Assembly (NCBI GenBank): GCA_041617155.1
Contig: JBFJPL010000007.1
Span: 107 to 64,106, forward strand
Reading direction: 5' to 3'
Source of the DNA: Kiloniellales bacterium
Lineage (GTDB): Bacteria; Pseudomonadota; Alphaproteobacteria; Kiloniellales; JAKSDN01
DNA length: 64,000 nucleotides
Each line of letters opens with the position of its first letter. Positions within the stretch are counted from its first letter, which is position 1. The notes below the pieces were generated by a model. That model was not told where the DNA came from. It did no database searches and was given only the letters and a program-made list of their open reading frames with translations. This document shows positions 1 through 12,793 of this stretch, piece by piece. A program made the translations under genes and the position numbers.

Positions 1-894
1 GGCGTCTATGAAATGGGCTCTGTGTTCAAGATCTTCACCACTGCCCAGGCGCTGGACCACGGCGTTGTCGGCCTGCGGGACGGCTACGACGTCAGCCAGC
101 CGATCAAGGTGGCGCGCTACACCATCACCGATTTCAAGCCGAAAAACCGCTGGTTGTCGATCCCCGAAATCTTCATCTATTCCAGCAACATCGGCACGGT
201 ACACATGGCCATGGAGTCGGGCACGCGGGCGCAGCAGGCCTTTCTCGGAAATTTGGGGTTAACCCGCGCCGCACGGATCGAGCTACCGGAGGTCGGCGAG
301 CCGATGGTTCCCTCACCCTGGCGCGAAATCAACACCATGACCATATCTTACGGGCATGGCTTGGCGGTCAGCCCACTCCAGGTAGCGGGCGCCGTGGCCG
401 CGGTGGTCAATGGTGGTGAGCTGCGGCGCACTACGCTGTTGAAGCACGACGGGCGCAGGCGCCTGATCGGACGCCGGGTTCTGAGCCAGCGTGCCTCGCG
501 CGAGATGCGCTGGCTAATGCGCCTGAGCGTGCAGGACGGCACCGGCCGCCTAGCCGATGCGCCAGGTTATCTGGTCGGCGGCAAGACCGGGACCGCCGAC
601 AAGTTGAACGGCCGACGCTATGCCAAGGGCGCGCGTATCGCCTCATTCGCCGGTGCGTTTCCGATGGATCGTCCACGCTACGTGGTATTCGCCATGATCG
701 ATGAACCAAAGGGCAAGAAAAGCACGCATGGCTACGCCACGGGCGGGTGGGTGGCGGCGCCGGTGGTGCGTCGCGTGGTCGAGCGCATGGCGCCCCTGCT
801 CGGCATCCAACCGAGACAGACCGACGAAACGGAAAGCGTCGAACGTCACCTCATTCCCGTGAACCTCGAGGGAGCCGTTCTTGCGGCTAACTGA
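1..894 (+). CDS. ftsI: Peptidoglycan transpeptidase FtsI (PBP3), 5'-truncated by window edge
   Basis: SxxK (GSVFK), SxN (SSN) and KTG (GKTGTA) motifs; immediately upstream of murE. Confidence 0.93.
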   Translation, partial: GVYEMGSVFKIFTTAQALDHGVVGLRDGYDVSQPIKVARYTITDFKPKNRWLSIPEIFIYSSNIGTVHMAMESGTRAQQAFLGNLGLTRAARIELPEVGEPMVPSPWREINTMTISYGHGLAVSPLQVAGAVAAVVNGGELRRTTLLKHDGRRRLIGRRVLSQRASREMRWLMRLSVQDGTGRLADAPGYLVGGKTGTADKLNGRRYAKGARIASFAGAFPMDRPRYVVFAMIDEPKGKKSTHGYATGGWVAAPVVRRVVERMAPLLGIQPRQTDETESVERHLIPVNLEGAVLAAN

Positions 895-2359
895 ACTGTC
901 AGAGGGAACGACGATCGCAATGGAGCCGGCTGCGGCCCTGCAAAGCCTGGAGATTCGAGGCCTTTCGGCGGATAGCCGCAAGGTCGGCCCGGGCTATTTG
1001 TTCGCCGCACTGCCGGGCAAGAAACTCGACGGCCGGGATTTCATTGGCGATGCGCTGGGGCGTGGCGCCGTGGCGGTTTTGGCCGAGCCCGGCACGGTTC
1101 TCGAGGCGGCGCATCGGCCGGTCGCGCTGATCACCGACGAAAACCCGCGGCGCCGGCTGGCTCTGATGGCGGCGCGCTTCTTTCACGAGCAGCCCAAGGT
1201 GATCGCCGCGGTGACCGGCACCAACGGCAAGACGTCGGTCGCCGAGTTCACGCGCCAGATCTGGCGGCACCTGGGACACAGGGCCGCCAGTCTTGGCACC
1301 TTGGGCCTGTTGCCGCCGCACGCCGAGGCGCCGGTCGCTCTCACGACGCCGGACCCGGTCGAGCTGCACCGTTGCCTGGAAGCGATCGCCCGCGACGGCG
1401 TCGACCACCTTGCCTTGGAAGCCTCGAGCCACGGCCTCGATCAGTTCCGGCTCGACGGCGTCAGGATCAGCGCGGCAGCCTTCACCAATCTGTCGCGCGA
1501 CCATCTGGACTATCACGGCAGCGAACAAGCCTATCTGGCGGCAAAGCTGCGCCTCTTCAGCGAACTCCTGGCGGCCGACGGCACCGCCGTGCTCAACGCC
1601 GATGCCCCGGAATTCGCGACCCTGAAGTCGCTTTGCGCCGGGCGGGGCCTAAACATCATGAGCTATGGAGCCGCGGGTGGCGAAGTACGCCTGACCGGGC
1701 TCACCGCGGCGGCCGAGGGCCAGCGCCTCACCCTCGTAGCCCTCGGCCGCCGACACGACATCGTGCTGCCGCTCGCCGGGCGGTTTCAAGCCGCCAACGC
1801 CCTGGCCGCACTCGGCCTAGTGATCGCCACGGGCGAGTCGGCGGAAGCCGCGGTCGGCGCACTGGAAGCCCTCTCTGGTGTGCCCGGGCGGCTGGAGCGG
1901 GTTGCCGCCACGCCCGCGGGCGGCCAGATTTTCGTCGACTATGCGCACACGCCCGACGCACTCGACACGGTGCTCGAAGCCTTGCGGCCCCATGCCGAGG
2001 GCCGCCTGTTCGTCGTCTTCGGCTGCGGCGGCGACCGCGACCGTGGCAAGCGCTCGATCATGGGCAAGGTCGCCCGGCGCCGGTCCGACAAGGTGATCGT
2101 GACCGACGACAACCCGCGCAGCGAAGACCCAGCGGCAATCCGCCGCGAGATCATGGCGGCGGTGCCCGAAGCCACGGAGATCGGCGACCGGGGCCAAGCC
2201 ATAGAGGCGGCGGTTGGCATGCTGGATGACGGCGACCTGCTGATCGTCGCCGGCAAGGGCCACGAGCCCGGACAGATCGTCGGCGACCGGGTGCTGCCGT
2301 TCGACGACCGCGAGGCGGTACGTGCCGCCGTCGCCCGCTTGGCGGAAGCGCGATCATGA
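881..2359 (+). CDS. murE: UDP-MurNAc-tripeptide synthetase (meso-DAP adding)
   Basis: GTNGKTS P-loop, LTTPD, EASSHG, DYAHTPD and DNPR (DAP-specific) motifs; start may instead be ATG 920. Confidence 0.96.
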   Translation: MRLTELSEGTTIAMEPAAALQSLEIRGLSADSRKVGPGYLFAALPGKKLDGRDFIGDALGRGAVAVLAEPGTVLEAAHRPVALITDENPRRRLALMAARFFHEQPKVIAAVTGTNGKTSVAEFTRQIWRHLGHRAASLGTLGLLPPHAEAPVALTTPDPVELHRCLEAIARDGVDHLALEASSHGLDQFRLDGVRISAAAFTNLSRDHLDYHGSEQAYLAAKLRLFSELLAADGTAVLNADAPEFATLKSLCAGRGLNIMSYGAAGGEVRLTGLTAAAEGQRLTLVALGRRHDIVLPLAGRFQAANALAALGLVIATGESAEAAVGALEALSGVPGRLERVAATPAGGQIFVDYAHTPDALDTVLEALRPHAEGRLFVVFGCGGDRDRGKRSIMGKVARRRSDKVIVTDDNPRSEDPAAIRREIMAAVPEATEIGDRGQAIEAAVGMLDDGDLLIVAGKGHEPGQIVGDRVLPFDDREAVRAAVARLAEARS

Positions 2360-3783
2360 GCCGCCCGATACTCTGGACTTCGAATCAGGCGGCTCAGGCA
2401 ACCGGCGGGCGGAACAGCACCGAATGGTCGGCCACCGGCGTGTCGATCGACAGCCGCACGCTCGAACCCGGCGACCTTTTCATCGCGCTCGAAGGTCCGA
2501 GCTTCGACGGCCACGATTTCATCACCGCGGCGCTCGACGTCGGCGCCGCCGCCGTCATGGCGCACCGCCAGCCGGAGGGCTTGCCCGAGACTGCTCCGCT
2601 GCTTGTCGTTTCGGACACCCTGGAAGCGCTGCGGGCGCTCGGCATGGACGCCCGTGCGCGCAGCCCGGCACGCTTCATCGGCGTGACCGGCAGCGTCGGC
2701 AAGACCGGCACCAAGGAAGCCCTGAGACATTGCCTTGCGCCCCAGGCCCCGACCTTCGCCAGCGCCGGCAGTTTGAACAATCACTGGGGCGTGCCCCTAT
2801 CGCTCGCCCGCATGCCACAGCACGCACTCTATGGTGTCTTCGAACTGGGCATGAACCATCCCGGCGAGATCCGCCAGCTGACCAAGATCGTGCGCCCCCA
2901 TGTGGCGCTCATTACCGCCGTCGAGGCGGCTCACAGCGAGTTCTTCGACTCGATCACCGACATCGCGGCGGCCAAGGCCGAAATCTTCGAGGGGGTCGAG
3001 CTGGGCGGCGCCGCGGTGCTGAACCGGGAACACCCCTTCTTCGCCATCATGGCGGAACGGGCGGAGGCGGCCGGGGTCACCCGAATCGTCAGCTTTGGCC
3101 GGCACCGGGATGCCGATGCACGGCTGATCAATTGTTCCCTGCACGGCAGCCACAGCACGGTGCGCGCCCTGGTTGGCGGTACGCTGCTCGACTACTCCCT
3201 GGGCCTGCCCGGCACCCACTGGGTGATGAACTCGCTCGCCGTGCTGGCAACGATCTTCGCGGCCGGCGCCGACCTCAGGGCGGCGACCGCCGAAATGGCC
3301 ACGCTGAAGCCGCTCAAGGGCCGCGGCGCGCGCCAAGTCCTATCCCTGCCCGACGGCAGTTTCGAGCTGATCGACGACAGCTACAACGCAAATCCCGCCT
3401 CGATGCGCGCCGCCTTCGCGGTGCTGCAGCAGTCGACGCTCGGCAAGCAAGGTCGGCGCATCGCCGTATTGGGCGACATGCTGGAGTTGGGCCAGGATGC
3501 CGCGACGCACCACGCCAAGCTCGCAGAGCCGATCGAGTCGGCCGGCCTCGACCTGGTCTACACCTGCGGGCCGAACATGGCCTCCCTGCACAACGCCCTG
3601 CCCCAAAGCCGGCGTGGCGGCCACGCCGCCGATGCCGAGAGCCTCGCGCCGTTGGTGGCGGCGGCGGTCCAGGCCGGCGATACGGTCCTGGTCAAGGGCT
3701 CGCAGGGCAGCCGCATGAAAGTCGTCATTGAAGCTCTTCAACAAATTGGCACGGCACCATCGCGCGCCGTCAACGGCGAGTGA
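2356..3783 (+). CDS. murF: UDP-MurNAc-pentapeptide synthetase
   Basis: [33 protein letters not shown] motifs; ATGA overlap with murE. Confidence 0.96.
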   Translation: MSRPILWTSNQAAQATGGRNSTEWSATGVSIDSRTLEPGDLFIALEGPSFDGHDFITAALDVGAAAVMAHRQPEGLPETAPLLVVSDTLEALRALGMDARARSPARFIGVTGSVGKTGTKEALRHCLAPQAPTFASAGSLNNHWGVPLSLARMPQHALYGVFELGMNHPGEIRQLTKIVRPHVALITAVEAAHSEFFDSITDIAAAKAEIFEGVELGGAAVLNREHPFFAIMAERAEAAGVTRIVSFGRHRDADARLINCSLHGSHSTVRALVGGTLLDYSLGLPGTHWVMNSLAVLATIFAAGADLRAATAEMATLKPLKGRGARQVLSLPDGSFELIDDSYNANPASMRAAFAVLQQSTLGKQGRRIAVLGDMLELGQDAATHHAKLAEPIESAGLDLVYTCGPNMASLHNALPQSRRGGHAADAESLAPLVAAAVQAGDTVLVKGSQGSRMKVVIEALQQIGTAPSRAVNGE

Positions 3784-3796
3784 GGGAGATCGCTTA

Positions 3797-4885
3797 ATGC
3801 TGTTTCACCTGTTGGTGCCACTCGCCGACGATCACATCATTTTCAATGTCTTTCGCTACCTCACCTTCCGCAGCGGCGGTGCGGTTATCACCTCCCTGAT
3901 GATCAGTTTCCTGCTCGGGCCAGCGGTTATCAACTGGCTCAAATCGAAGCAACGCGAGGGGCAGCCGATCCGCGACGACGGCCCGGAAAGTCATCTGCTG
4001 ACCAAGAAGGGGACGCCGACCATGGGTGGCGTGCTGATCCTTCTGGCGGTCAGTATCTCGACCCTGCTGTGGGCGGACCTGACCAACGGCTTCGTCTGGG
4101 CGATTCTGTTCGTCACCAGCGCGTTCGGCCTGATCGGTTTCGGCGACGACTACCTGAAACTGACCCGGCGCAGTTCGAAGGGGCTGCCGAGCCGCCTGAA
4201 ATTTCTGGCCCAAATCGCGACCGGCACGATCGCAGCGTTCTGGATCATGTCGATCACCCCGAGCGGCCTCGAGACCCATCTGGCGATTCCCCTACTGAAG
4301 GACGTGCTGATCAACCTCGGCTGGTTCTTCATCGTCTTCGCCGTCTTCGTCATGGTCGGCGCGTCCAACGCGGTCAACCTGACCGACGGACTGGACGGCC
4401 TGGCCATCGTCCCGGTCATGATCGCCGCCGGCTGCTTCGCGTTGATCGCTTGGCTGGTCGGGCGCACGGACTTTTCCGCCTATCTGCAGATCCACTACAT
4501 CGCCGGCACCGGCGAATTGGCCGTCTTCTGTTCCGCACTGGTCGGCGCCAGTCTGGGGTTCCTGTGGTTCAACGCACCGCCGGCGATGGTTTTCATGGGC
4601 GATACCGGTTCGTTGTCGTGCGGCGGCGCGCTCGGCGGCGTCTCGGTGATCACCAAGCACGAGTTGGTACTCGCGATCATCGGCGGCCTGTTCGTGCTGG
4701 AGACCGTGTCGGTCATCGTCCAGGTGTTTTCCTTCAAGCTCACCGGCCGGCGCATCTTCCGCATGGCGCCGCTGCACCACCACTTCGAAAAGATGGGATG
4801 GGCCGAACCGACCATTGTGATCCGCTTCTGGATCATCGCGGTCATCCTGGCGCTGGCCGGCTTGTCGACCCTGAAACTGAGATGA
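3797..4885 (+). CDS. mraY: Phospho-N-acetylmuramoyl-pentapeptide transferase
   Basis: [34 protein letters not shown] motifs; ATG 3797 after GAGGGAG RBS. Confidence 0.97.
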   Translation: MLFHLLVPLADDHIIFNVFRYLTFRSGGAVITSLMISFLLGPAVINWLKSKQREGQPIRDDGPESHLLTKKGTPTMGGVLILLAVSISTLLWADLTNGFVWAILFVTSAFGLIGFGDDYLKLTRRSSKGLPSRLKFLAQIATGTIAAFWIMSITPSGLETHLAIPLLKDVLINLGWFFIVFAVFVMVGASNAVNLTDGLDGLAIVPVMIAAGCFALIAWLVGRTDFSAYLQIHYIAGTGELAVFCSALVGASLGFLWFNAPPAMVFMGDTGSLSCGGALGGVSVITKHELVLAIIGGLFVLETVSVIVQVFSFKLTGRRIFRMAPLHHHFEKMGWAEPTIVIRFWIIAVILALAGLSTLKLR

Positions 4886-4933
4886 CGGCCCGAAACACAA
4901 AGCCCCGAAACCGAACACCATGAGATACCAGGC

Positions 4934-6349
4934 GTGATCGAACCCTATTTCTTCAAAGACCTACCGGTTGCGGTTCTCGGGCTCGGCAAGTCCGGCCTGT
5001 CGGCGGCGCGCGCGCTGGTAAAAAGCGGCGCCGACGTCTGGGCCTGGGACGACAACGAGGATCAGCGCGCGGCCGCGGCGGCGGCCGGCATCCCCCTGGT
5101 CGACCTGAACGCTTGCAACTGGCGGGAACTGACCAGCCTGGTGATTTCGCCGGGCATCCCGCACAAGCACCCCGAGCCCCACCCGGTGGCCGCCGCCGCG
5201 CGCCAGCACGGCTGCGAGGTGATCGGCGATATCGAGCTCTTGGCCCGCGCTCAACCGGCCGCCAACTACGTCGGGGTGACCGGCACCAACGGCAAGTCGA
5301 CGACAACCGCTCTGATCGGCCACATCCTGGAAACCGCAGGCCGCGAGGTTCAGGCTGGTGGCAACCTGGGCACCCCGGCGCTCGATCTGGAGCCGCTCCA
5401 GCCCGGCGGCATCTTCGTGCTGGAAATGTCGAGCTATCAGCTCGAGCTCACGGTCTCGATCACCTTCGATGTCGCGGTGCTGTTGAACATCACCGCCGAT
5501 CATCTGGAACGCCATGGCGGCTTCGAGGGCTATGTCGCGGCCAAGCGCCTGATCTTCCACCGCCAGACCAAGCCGCGGGCCGCGGTGATCGGCATCGACG
5601 ACGAAACCTGCCGGACCATCTACGAGCAGCTCAGGTCGGCCGACGAGCAGATCGTGTTTGCCATCTCCGGCAGCACGCGGGTGCCTGGCGGCGTATATCT
5701 CCGGGGCAGCGTCCTGATCGACGACACGGACGGTAACGAGATCCCGGTGCTCGACCTCCGCGAGGTGCCCAGCCTGCCGGGCAGCCACAACGGCCAGAAC
5801 GCCGCCGCGGCCTATGCCGCCTGCAAGCACCTGGGCGTTCATCCGCCGGTGATCGCCGCTTGCATGCGCTCCTTCCCGGGCCTGCCGCACCGCCAGGAAA
5901 CCGTCGCCGTGATCAACGGAATCGCCTACGTCAACGACTCCAAGGCAACCAACGCCGACGCCGCGGCCAAGGCCCTGGCCTGCTATGATGCGGTCTACTG
6001 GATCGCCGGCGGTCGGGCGAAGGAGACCGGCCTGGACGGTCTCGAACCATGGTTCGCGCGCGTCGTTCACGCCTTCCTGATCGGCGAGGCGGAAGCCGCC
6101 TTCGCCGAAGCGCTGGACGGCAAGGCCGCCATCACCCGCTGCGGCGACCTGGATCACGCGGTCAAGGCCGCGCACGCGGCGGCCACCAGCGAGGACCGGC
6201 CAGGCGCCGTCGTGCTGCTGGCGCCGGCCGCGGCCTCGTTCGATCAGTTCGCCAACTTCGAACAACGCGGCGACCGTTTCCGCACTCTGGTCGAGGCGCT
6301 GCCCGGACATCGTGACGACACCGATCCGGCCGGGAGGTTGCTGCAGTGA
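4934..6349 (+). CDS. murD: UDP-MurNAc-L-Ala:D-Glu ligase
   Basis: GLGKSG, GTNGKSTT, LEMSSYQL, NDSKATN, ASFDQF motifs. Confidence 0.96.
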   Translation: MIEPYFFKDLPVAVLGLGKSGLSAARALVKSGADVWAWDDNEDQRAAAAAAGIPLVDLNACNWRELTSLVISPGIPHKHPEPHPVAAAARQHGCEVIGDIELLARAQPAANYVGVTGTNGKSTTTALIGHILETAGREVQAGGNLGTPALDLEPLQPGGIFVLEMSSYQLELTVSITFDVAVLLNITADHLERHGGFEGYVAAKRLIFHRQTKPRAAVIGIDDETCRTIYEQLRSADEQIVFAISGSTRVPGGVYLRGSVLIDDTDGNEIPVLDLREVPSLPGSHNGQNAAAAYAACKHLGVHPPVIAACMRSFPGLPHRQETVAVINGIAYVNDSKATNADAAAKALACYDAVYWIAGGRAKETGLDGLEPWFARVVHAFLIGEAEAAFAEALDGKAAITRCGDLDHAVKAAHAAATSEDRPGAVVLLAPAAASFDQFANFEQRGDRFRTLVEALPGHRDDTDPAGRLLQ

Positions 6350-7470
6350 CCGCCTTCCCCCGCACCGATACGAGTGTTTTGGGCCGCTGGTGGTGGACAG
6401 TGGACCGCTGGACCCTGGCGACTCTGGTCCTGCTGATGGGCTTCGGGGCAGTGTTGATCCTCTCCGCTTCACCGGCCGTCGCCGAGCGGATCGGCCTGTC
6501 CGGGTTCCGGCTGGCACATCGCCAGATCGCATTTCTGCCATTCGCGCTGCTGACCCTGATCGGCGTTTCGCTGCTCAGCCCGAAATGGGTCCGCCGTGTC
6601 GCGGTGATCGGCTTTGCCGGCTCGCTCTTGCTTTGTCTCCTGACGCTGATGATCGGGACCGAGATCAAAGGCGCGACCCGCTGGATCAGCCTGGCCGGCT
6701 TTTCGCTGCAGCCCTCGGAGTTCCTCAAGCCCTGCTTCGCGGTCGTCGCCGCCTGGATGTTCGCGGCCGAAAAAACCGACGAAAGCATGCCCGGCAGCCG
6801 CATCGCCGTCGTGCTGTGGGCGATCGTGGTGACGCTACTGTTGCTGCAGCCGGATATCGGCCAATCCTTCATGATCACGGCCAGTTGGGGCGTTCAGTTC
6901 TTCCTGGCCGGGCTACCGTTGTTCTGGGTCGGGCTGCTGATTTGTGGCGCCGTCATGGGCCTGATCGGCGCTTACCTCACGCTGCCCCACGTCAGCGCGC
7001 GCCTGGATGCCTTCTTCGATCCCCAAGCCGGTGACCACTACCAGATCAACCGTTCGATCGAGGCCTTTATGAACGGCGGCCTGTTCGGGCGCGGACCGGG
7101 TGAAGGCACGGTCAAGGCGCAGCTGCCGGATTCCCACTCGGACTTCATTTTTGCCGTGGCCGGTGAGGAACTCGGTCTGGTCGCTTGCCTGATCATACTG
7201 GCGCTGTTCGGTTTCGTCGTGCTGCGCGGCTTCAGCCGGGTGTTCCAGGACAACTCCATGTTCGTCCTGCTGGCGGCCAGCGGGCTGCTCACCCAGTTCG
7301 GCCTCCAGGCGCTGATCAACATGGCCTCGACCCTGCACCTCATGCCGACCAAGGGCATGACGTTGCCGTTCATCAGCTACGGCGGCTCGTCGCTGCTGGC
7401 CCTGGCCCTAGGCATGGGCATGGTGCTGGCTTTGACCCGCCGGCGCGTCGGTAGGGGAGAGATGCTATGA
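6346..7470 (+). CDS. ftsW: SEDS peptidoglycan polymerase FtsW
   Basis: GATRWI, QPSEFLK, QPDIG, LPDSHSDFIF, LPFISYGGSS motifs; multi-TM. Confidence 0.95.
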   Translation: MTAFPRTDTSVLGRWWWTVDRWTLATLVLLMGFGAVLILSASPAVAERIGLSGFRLAHRQIAFLPFALLTLIGVSLLSPKWVRRVAVIGFAGSLLLCLLTLMIGTEIKGATRWISLAGFSLQPSEFLKPCFAVVAAWMFAAEKTDESMPGSRIAVVLWAIVVTLLLLQPDIGQSFMITASWGVQFFLAGLPLFWVGLLICGAVMGLIGAYLTLPHVSARLDAFFDPQAGDHYQINRSIEAFMNGGLFGRGPGEGTVKAQLPDSHSDFIFAVAGEELGLVACLIILALFGFVVLRGFSRVFQDNSMFVLLAASGLLTQFGLQALINMASTLHLMPTKGMTLPFISYGGSSLLALALGMGMVLALTRRRVGRGEML

Positions 7471-8621
7471 CCGCCGCACGAAACGGCAGAGTGGTACTGG
7501 CCACCGGCGGTACGGGCGGGCATATGTTTCCCGCCGAAGCCCTGGCGCGCGAATTGATCGCGCGCGGACGCACGGTGACCTTGATCACCGACCGGCGTGG
7601 TGCCGGTTTCGGCGCCGATCTGCCCCAAGTCGAAACCTGTCGGATCCAGGCCGGCGGGGTCGCCGGCGGCAGTGTGATGAAGCGCATAAAAGGCGTGCTC
7701 AGCCTGGGGCTCGGCTTCTTTCAGGCGCGCAAGCTGCTGAAGCGGCTCGACGCCGACGTGGTGGTCGGCTTCGGCGGCTACCCCTCCGTGCCGACGGTGC
7801 TCGCCGGCTCGCTCTTGGGCATGCGCATCGTATTGCACGAGCAGAACGCGGTGCTCGGCCGGGCAAATCGCCTTCTGGCGCCACGCGCACAGGCGATCGG
7901 CACCTGCTTCGAAACCGTATTGGGCCTACGCGGCGGCGACCGCCACAAGGTTGCGGTCACCGGCAATCCGGTACGGCCGGATATCGCCGAGTTGAGCCGG
8001 CAGCCCTTCACGCCGCCCGAGCAGCGGGGGCCCCTGCGCTTGTTGGTGACCGGCGGCAGCCAAGGCGCCAAAGCCTTCAACGATATCGTCCCGGCGGCCG
8101 TTGCCCGTCTGCCCGAGGCGCTGCGCCATCGCGTCGAGGTCAGCCAGCAGGTGCGCGGTGATGTTCAGGACGAGGTCGCCGCGGTCTATCGGTCCTGCGG
8201 TGTCAAGGCCGAGCTGGCCGCCTTCTTCGACGACATGCCCGAACGCCTGTCCGCGGCGCATCTGGCGATCTGCCGGTCCGGCGCCTCGACGGTGGCCGAA
8301 CTCGGCGCGGCGGCCCGCCCGGCAATCCTGGTGCCCTATCCCCATGCGACCGACGACCACCAGACGGCCAACGCCCGGGCCTTGGTCGAGGCCGGCGGTG
8401 GCTGGCTCATGCCGGAGGCGGCGCTGACGCCCGAGGTTCTGGCCGAGCGTATTGGCTCGCTGTTCTCCACGCCGGCCCTGCTCGCCCGCGCCGCCCAATG
8501 CGCCGCCACCTTCGCGCGGCTTGATGCCGCGCGGCGTCTGGCCGACTTGGTTTGCGGCAAGGCCGGAGCTAACGGTGGTCAGCAGCCGATGACGCCCGAG
8601 CAAAAGGAGGCCGCAGCATGA
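7467..8621 (+). CDS. murG: Lipid II GlcNAc transferase
   Basis: [36 protein letters not shown] motifs. Confidence 0.97.
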   Translation: MTAARNGRVVLATGGTGGHMFPAEALARELIARGRTVTLITDRRGAGFGADLPQVETCRIQAGGVAGGSVMKRIKGVLSLGLGFFQARKLLKRLDADVVVGFGGYPSVPTVLAGSLLGMRIVLHEQNAVLGRANRLLAPRAQAIGTCFETVLGLRGGDRHKVAVTGNPVRPDIAELSRQPFTPPEQRGPLRLLVTGGSQGAKAFNDIVPAAVARLPEALRHRVEVSQQVRGDVQDEVAAVYRSCGVKAELAAFFDDMPERLSAAHLAICRSGASTVAELGAAARPAILVPYPHATDDHQTANARALVEAGGGWLMPEAALTPEVLAERIGSLFSTPALLARAAQCAATFARLDAARRLADLVCGKAGANGGQQPMTPEQKEAAA

Positions 8622-10060
8622 CCGGCCTACCCGTCAACCTCGGCAACATCCATTTCGTCGGCGTCGGCGGCATCGGCATGTCGGGCATTGCGGAGATCCT
8701 GCACAACCTGGGCTATAAGGTGCGGGGCAGCGACATCGCCGAGAACGCCAACGTCCAGCGCCTGCGCAAGCTGGGCATCGAGGTGATGGTCGGTCACACG
8801 CCGGAGCACGTCGAGGACGCTCAGGTCGTGGTCGTTTCCACGGCGGTCAAGGCGGACAATCCCGAGGTCGTCGCGGCACGGAAACGATTTGCGCCGATCG
8901 TCCGGCGGGCCGAGATGCTTGGCGAGTTGATGCGCCTCAAATGGTCGATCGCGGTCGGCGGCACCCATGGCAAGACCACCACCACCTCCATGGTCGCGGC
9001 CATGCTCGACGCCGCTGATCTCGACCCAACGGTGATCAACGGCGGCATCATCAACGCCTATGGCACAAATGCGCGTCTCGGCGCGGGCGAGTGGATGGTG
9101 GTCGAGGCCGACGAGAGCGACGGCACCTTCACCAAGCTGCCGGCGACCATTGCGGTGGTGACCAACATCGACCCGGAACATCTGGATTTCTATGGCTCGG
9201 TCGAGGCCCTGCACAACGCGTTCGAGACCTTCATCGAGAATATTCCCTTCTACGGCTTCGCGGTGCTCTGCATCGACCACCCGGTCGTGCAGTCCCTGAT
9301 CGGGCGCATCGTGGACCGCCGCATCATTACCTATGGTCTGAGCCCGCAGGCCGACGTGCGCGCCACCAACATCGTCACCGAGAAGGGCGGTGCCTGGTTC
9401 GATGTGGTGATCGCTGATCGGCGCAGTGGTGACGAACGCAACATCGAAGGTCTGAGTCTGCCCATGTTGGGCCGACACAACGTGCAGAACGCACTGGCCG
9501 CCGTGGCCATCGCCGACGCGTTGGATCTCGAGGAATCGATTATTCGCAAGGGCCTGGCGGGATTCGAGGGCGTCAAGCGCCGCTTCACCAAAACCGGCGA
9601 AGCCGGCGGCGTCATAGTGATCGACGACTACGGCCACCATCCGGTCGAGATCGGCGCCGTGCTGCAGGCGGCGCGGCTCGCCACCAAGGGCAAGGTGATC
9701 GCCGTGATGCAACCGCACCGCTATTCGCGTCTGGCCAGCCTGTTCGAGGATTTCTGCAGCTGCTTCAACGATGCCGACCACGTCATCGTGGCCAATGTCT
9801 TCGCCGCCGGCGAGCAGCCGCTGGAGGGTGTCGATCGCGATGCCCTGGTCGAGGGGCTGCGCGCCCGTGGCCACCGCCATGCCCAGGGACTCGACGACGA
9901 GAAAGACCTCGCCCGGCTCGTATTCGACCTGGCGGCACCAGGCGACCTGGTGGTGTGCCTCGGTGCCGGCAATATCACGGCCTGGGCCAACGCGCTGCCC
10001 GAGCAATTGGCCGAACTGCAGGCCGCCAAGGCGGACAAAAAGCCGGGGCGCGGGCGATGA
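8618..10060 (+). CDS. murC: UDP-MurNAc:L-Ala ligase
   Basis: [40 protein letters not shown] motifs. Confidence 0.97.
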   Translation: MTGLPVNLGNIHFVGVGGIGMSGIAEILHNLGYKVRGSDIAENANVQRLRKLGIEVMVGHTPEHVEDAQVVVVSTAVKADNPEVVAARKRFAPIVRRAEMLGELMRLKWSIAVGGTHGKTTTTSMVAAMLDAADLDPTVINGGIINAYGTNARLGAGEWMVVEADESDGTFTKLPATIAVVTNIDPEHLDFYGSVEALHNAFETFIENIPFYGFAVLCIDHPVVQSLIGRIVDRRIITYGLSPQADVRATNIVTEKGGAWFDVVIADRRSGDERNIEGLSLPMLGRHNVQNALAAVAIADALDLEESIIRKGLAGFEGVKRRFTKTGEAGGVIVIDDYGHHPVEIGAVLQAARLATKGKVIAVMQPHRYSRLASLFEDFCSCFNDADHVIVANVFAAGEQPLEGVDRDALVEGLRARGHRHAQGLDDEKDLARLVFDLAAPGDLVVCLGAGNITAWANALPEQLAELQAAKADKKPGRGR

Positions 10061-11007
10061 TGGCCATGACCGGACAGCCGAGACAGCGATTGATCGACCG
10101 CCTGCCTCAGGTGCGCGGCCGGCTCAGTGAAAACGCCGACCTTGCCAAGGTCACTTGGTTCCGTGTCGGGGGCCCGGCCGAGGTCATGTTCCGCCCGGCT
10201 GATCGAGAGGATCTTCTGGCCTTTATCGCGGCGAAACCGGCCGATGTACCGATCACCGTGATCGGCGTTGGCTCCAACCTTCTGGTGCGCGACGGCGGCG
10301 TGCCGGGCGTCGTGCTTCGTCTGGGCCGCGGTTTTGCCGAAATCAAGGTGGACGGCAGCGACCTGGTCTGTGGCGCTACGGCGCTCGACCTGAACGTGGC
10401 GACGAAGGCTAAGCTGGCCGGCATCGGCGGCCTGGAGTTCCTCAGCGGTGTGCCGGGCACGATTGGCGGCGCGCTACGCATGAACGGCGGTGCCTACGGC
10501 AGGGAGACAAAGGACGTCGTGGTCTGGGCCGAGGCAGCCGATCCGCACGGCCAGGTCCATCGCCTGACTCTGGAACAGCTCGGGTTCTCCTATCGGCACT
10601 GTGCCGTACCCGAGGACTGGATCTTCCTCGGCGCGCGTTTGGCCGGCCAACCGGATGAACCGGAAGCGATCGCGGCCCGCATGGCGAAAATCCAGCAAGC
10701 CCGAGCCGACAGCCAGCCGATCCGCACCCGGACTGGCGGCTCCACCTTCAAGAACCCACCCGGCGACAAGGCCTGGCAACTGATCGAGCAAGCCGGCTGT
10801 CGCGGCCTCAAGCACGGCCAGGCCATGGTATCGGAGAAGCACTGCAATTTCCTGATCAACACCGGCGGGGCGAGGGCCGCCGACCTGGAGCAGTTGGGTG
10901 AGGAAGTGCGCCGGCGGGTACAAGCGACCAGCGGCATCGAACTCGAATGGGAGATCCGCCGGATCGGTGTGCCGGCGGGTCCCGGCGAAACCGGAGAGGC
11001 CCCATGA
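10057..11007 (+). CDS. murB: UDP-N-acetylenolpyruvoylglucosamine reductase
   Basis: [48 protein letters not shown]; ATGA overlap with murC. Confidence 0.95.
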   Translation: MMAMTGQPRQRLIDRLPQVRGRLSENADLAKVTWFRVGGPAEVMFRPADREDLLAFIAAKPADVPITVIGVGSNLLVRDGGVPGVVLRLGRGFAEIKVDGSDLVCGATALDLNVATKAKLAGIGGLEFLSGVPGTIGGALRMNGGAYGRETKDVVVWAEAADPHGQVHRLTLEQLGFSYRHCAVPEDWIFLGARLAGQPDEPEAIAARMAKIQQARADSQPIRTRTGGSTFKNPPGDKAWQLIEQAGCRGLKHGQAMVSEKHCNFLINTGGARAADLEQLGEEVRRRVQATSGIELEWEIRRIGVPAGPGETGEAP

Positions 11008-11930
11008 GCAAGCGCGTCGCAGTCCTGATGGGCGGTCCCTCCTCGGAACGCGAAGTGTCGCTGGTCAGCGGCCGGGAGTGCGCCGCGGGCCTGAAAGAGG
11101 CCGGCTACGAAGTGACCGAGATCGACGTGGGCCGCGATCTGGCGCCGGTCATTCAAGCCCTGACGCCGCCTCCCGACGTCGTCTTCAACGCCCTGCATGG
11201 CCGCTGGGGCGAGGACGGCTGCATACAGGGCGTGCTGAACTTCCTGCACATCCCCTACACCCACTCCGGGCTGCTGGCATCGGCGGTTGCCATGGACAAA
11301 CCCATGGCCAAGCGGCTTTTCGCGGCCGCCGGCCTGCCCTGCCCTGACGGCATCATCGTCCACCGCGACGAGGTGCTGGCCGGCGACGTGATGCCGCGGC
11401 CCTATGTCGTCAAGCCGCCGAACGAGGGCTCCAGCGTCGGCGTGCGCATCGTTACGACAGGCCAGAACGAACCACCCTTGTCGAGCGCCAACTGGCAGTT
11501 CGGCGAACACGTGCTGGTCGAGCGCTACATCGCCGGCCGCGAACTCACCGTCGCGGTCATGGGCGACCGCGCCCTGGCGGTCACCGAGATCAAACCCCAA
11601 GGCGAGGGTTTCTACGACTACCAAGCTAAGTACACCAAAGCGCAAGCGGCCCGCCATGTCGTGCCGGCCAAGGTGTCCAAGAGGATCGCCCAGCAGGCGA
11701 TGGACATGGCTTTGCGCGCACATCAGGTCCTGGGTTGCCGCGGGATCAGCCGGGCCGACTTCCGGTACGACGACACGCGCCGCAAACCGGGCGATCTTTT
11801 CCTGCTTGAAGTGAACACCCAACCCGGCATGACGCCGATGAGCCTGGTGCCGGAACAAGCCGCGCACCTGGGCATCTCCTTTCCCGAAATCTGTGCCTGG
11901 ATGGTGGAGAACGCCGCATGCGACGAGTAA
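11004..11930 (+). CDS. ddl: D-alanine--D-alanine ligase
   Basis: [42 protein letters not shown] motifs. Confidence 0.96.
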   Translation: MSKRVAVLMGGPSSEREVSLVSGRECAAGLKEAGYEVTEIDVGRDLAPVIQALTPPPDVVFNALHGRWGEDGCIQGVLNFLHIPYTHSGLLASAVAMDKPMAKRLFAAAGLPCPDGIIVHRDEVLAGDVMPRPYVVKPPNEGSSVGVRIVTTGQNEPPLSSANWQFGEHVLVERYIAGRELTVAVMGDRALAVTEIKPQGEGFYDYQAKYTKAQAARHVVPAKVSKRIAQQAMDMALRAHQVLGCRGISRADFRYDDTRRKPGDLFLLEVNTQPGMTPMSLVPEQAAHLGISFPEICAWMVENAACDE

Positions 11931-12793
11931 ATCCGACCGCCCGCCCGCGCCGCGCGACCCGATGCAGCGGCGCCAAACCGCTGCGCCGGCGCGCCCGGCC
12001 GTGGTTCGAGCGGCGGCGGCTTCTGCTGCTCGGGCTCGGCGTTGTCGCCGCGCTGTCGCTCACGGGCATCGGCTGGCTGTGGCACAGCGGCTGGATAATT
12101 CAACAGGTATCCCGGACCGTAGCGGCGGTGTACCAGATCACCGCCGATGCCGGGTTCGCCGTCGACGACGTCCTGGTCGAAGGCCGTAACCGCACCAAGG
12201 CGTCGGCGATCCTAAGCGCGCTGTCGGTCGAGCGTGGTTCGCCGATCCTGGCGGTCGACCCCGACAGCGCTCGGGACCGGCTCGAAGCGCTGCCGTGGGT
12301 GCGTCAGGCGTCGGTCGAGCGGCGCCTGCCCCGCCTGCTCTACATCCGACTGACGGAGCGCGAACCCATGGCGATCTGGCAGTTGAACGGCAAGCTTTCG
12401 GTGATCGACCGGAGCGGCGCGGTCATTGCAGGCGCCAAGGCCACGCGCTTTGCCGGCCTGCCCCTGGTGGTCGGCGAGGAGGCCGCGCCAGAGGCAGCGG
12501 CGCTGCTCGACATGCTGAGGCAGGAACCCGACCTCGGAGCACTCGTGGTGGCGGCCGTGCGAGTCGGCACGCGGCGCTGGAACCTTCGTCTGGAGGGCGG
12601 CGTCGAGGTTCGCCTGCCGGAAACCGAAGCGGCCGACGCCTGGCGCCAGTTCGCCGAGCTCGAGCGCGCGCACGGCCTGCTGGAACGCGACGTCGTGGCA
12701 ATCGACCTGCGCCTGCCCGGCCGGCTGGTGGTTCGCACCGCGCCTGGCGCCCAAACCAAGGGCGGCCTGTCCAAGGCCGGGCATGACACATGA
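11918..12793 (+). CDS. ftsQ: Cell division protein FtsQ/DivIB
   Basis: Basic N-terminus, single TM, POTRA-like segment ([14 protein letters not shown]), C-terminal IDLR; between ddl and ftsA. Confidence 0.9.
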   Translation: MRRVNPTARPRRATRCSGAKPLRRRARPWFERRRLLLLGLGVVAALSLTGIGWLWHSGWIIQQVSRTVAAVYQITADAGFAVDDVLVEGRNRTKASAILSALSVERGSPILAVDPDSARDRLEALPWVRQASVERRLPRLLYIRLTEREPMAIWQLNGKLSVIDRSGAVIAGAKATRFAGLPLVVGEEAAPEAAALLDMLRQEPDLGALVVAAVRVGTRRWNLRLEGGVEVRLPETEAADAWRQFAELERAHGLLERDVVAIDLRLPGRLVVRTAPGAQTKGGLSKAGHDT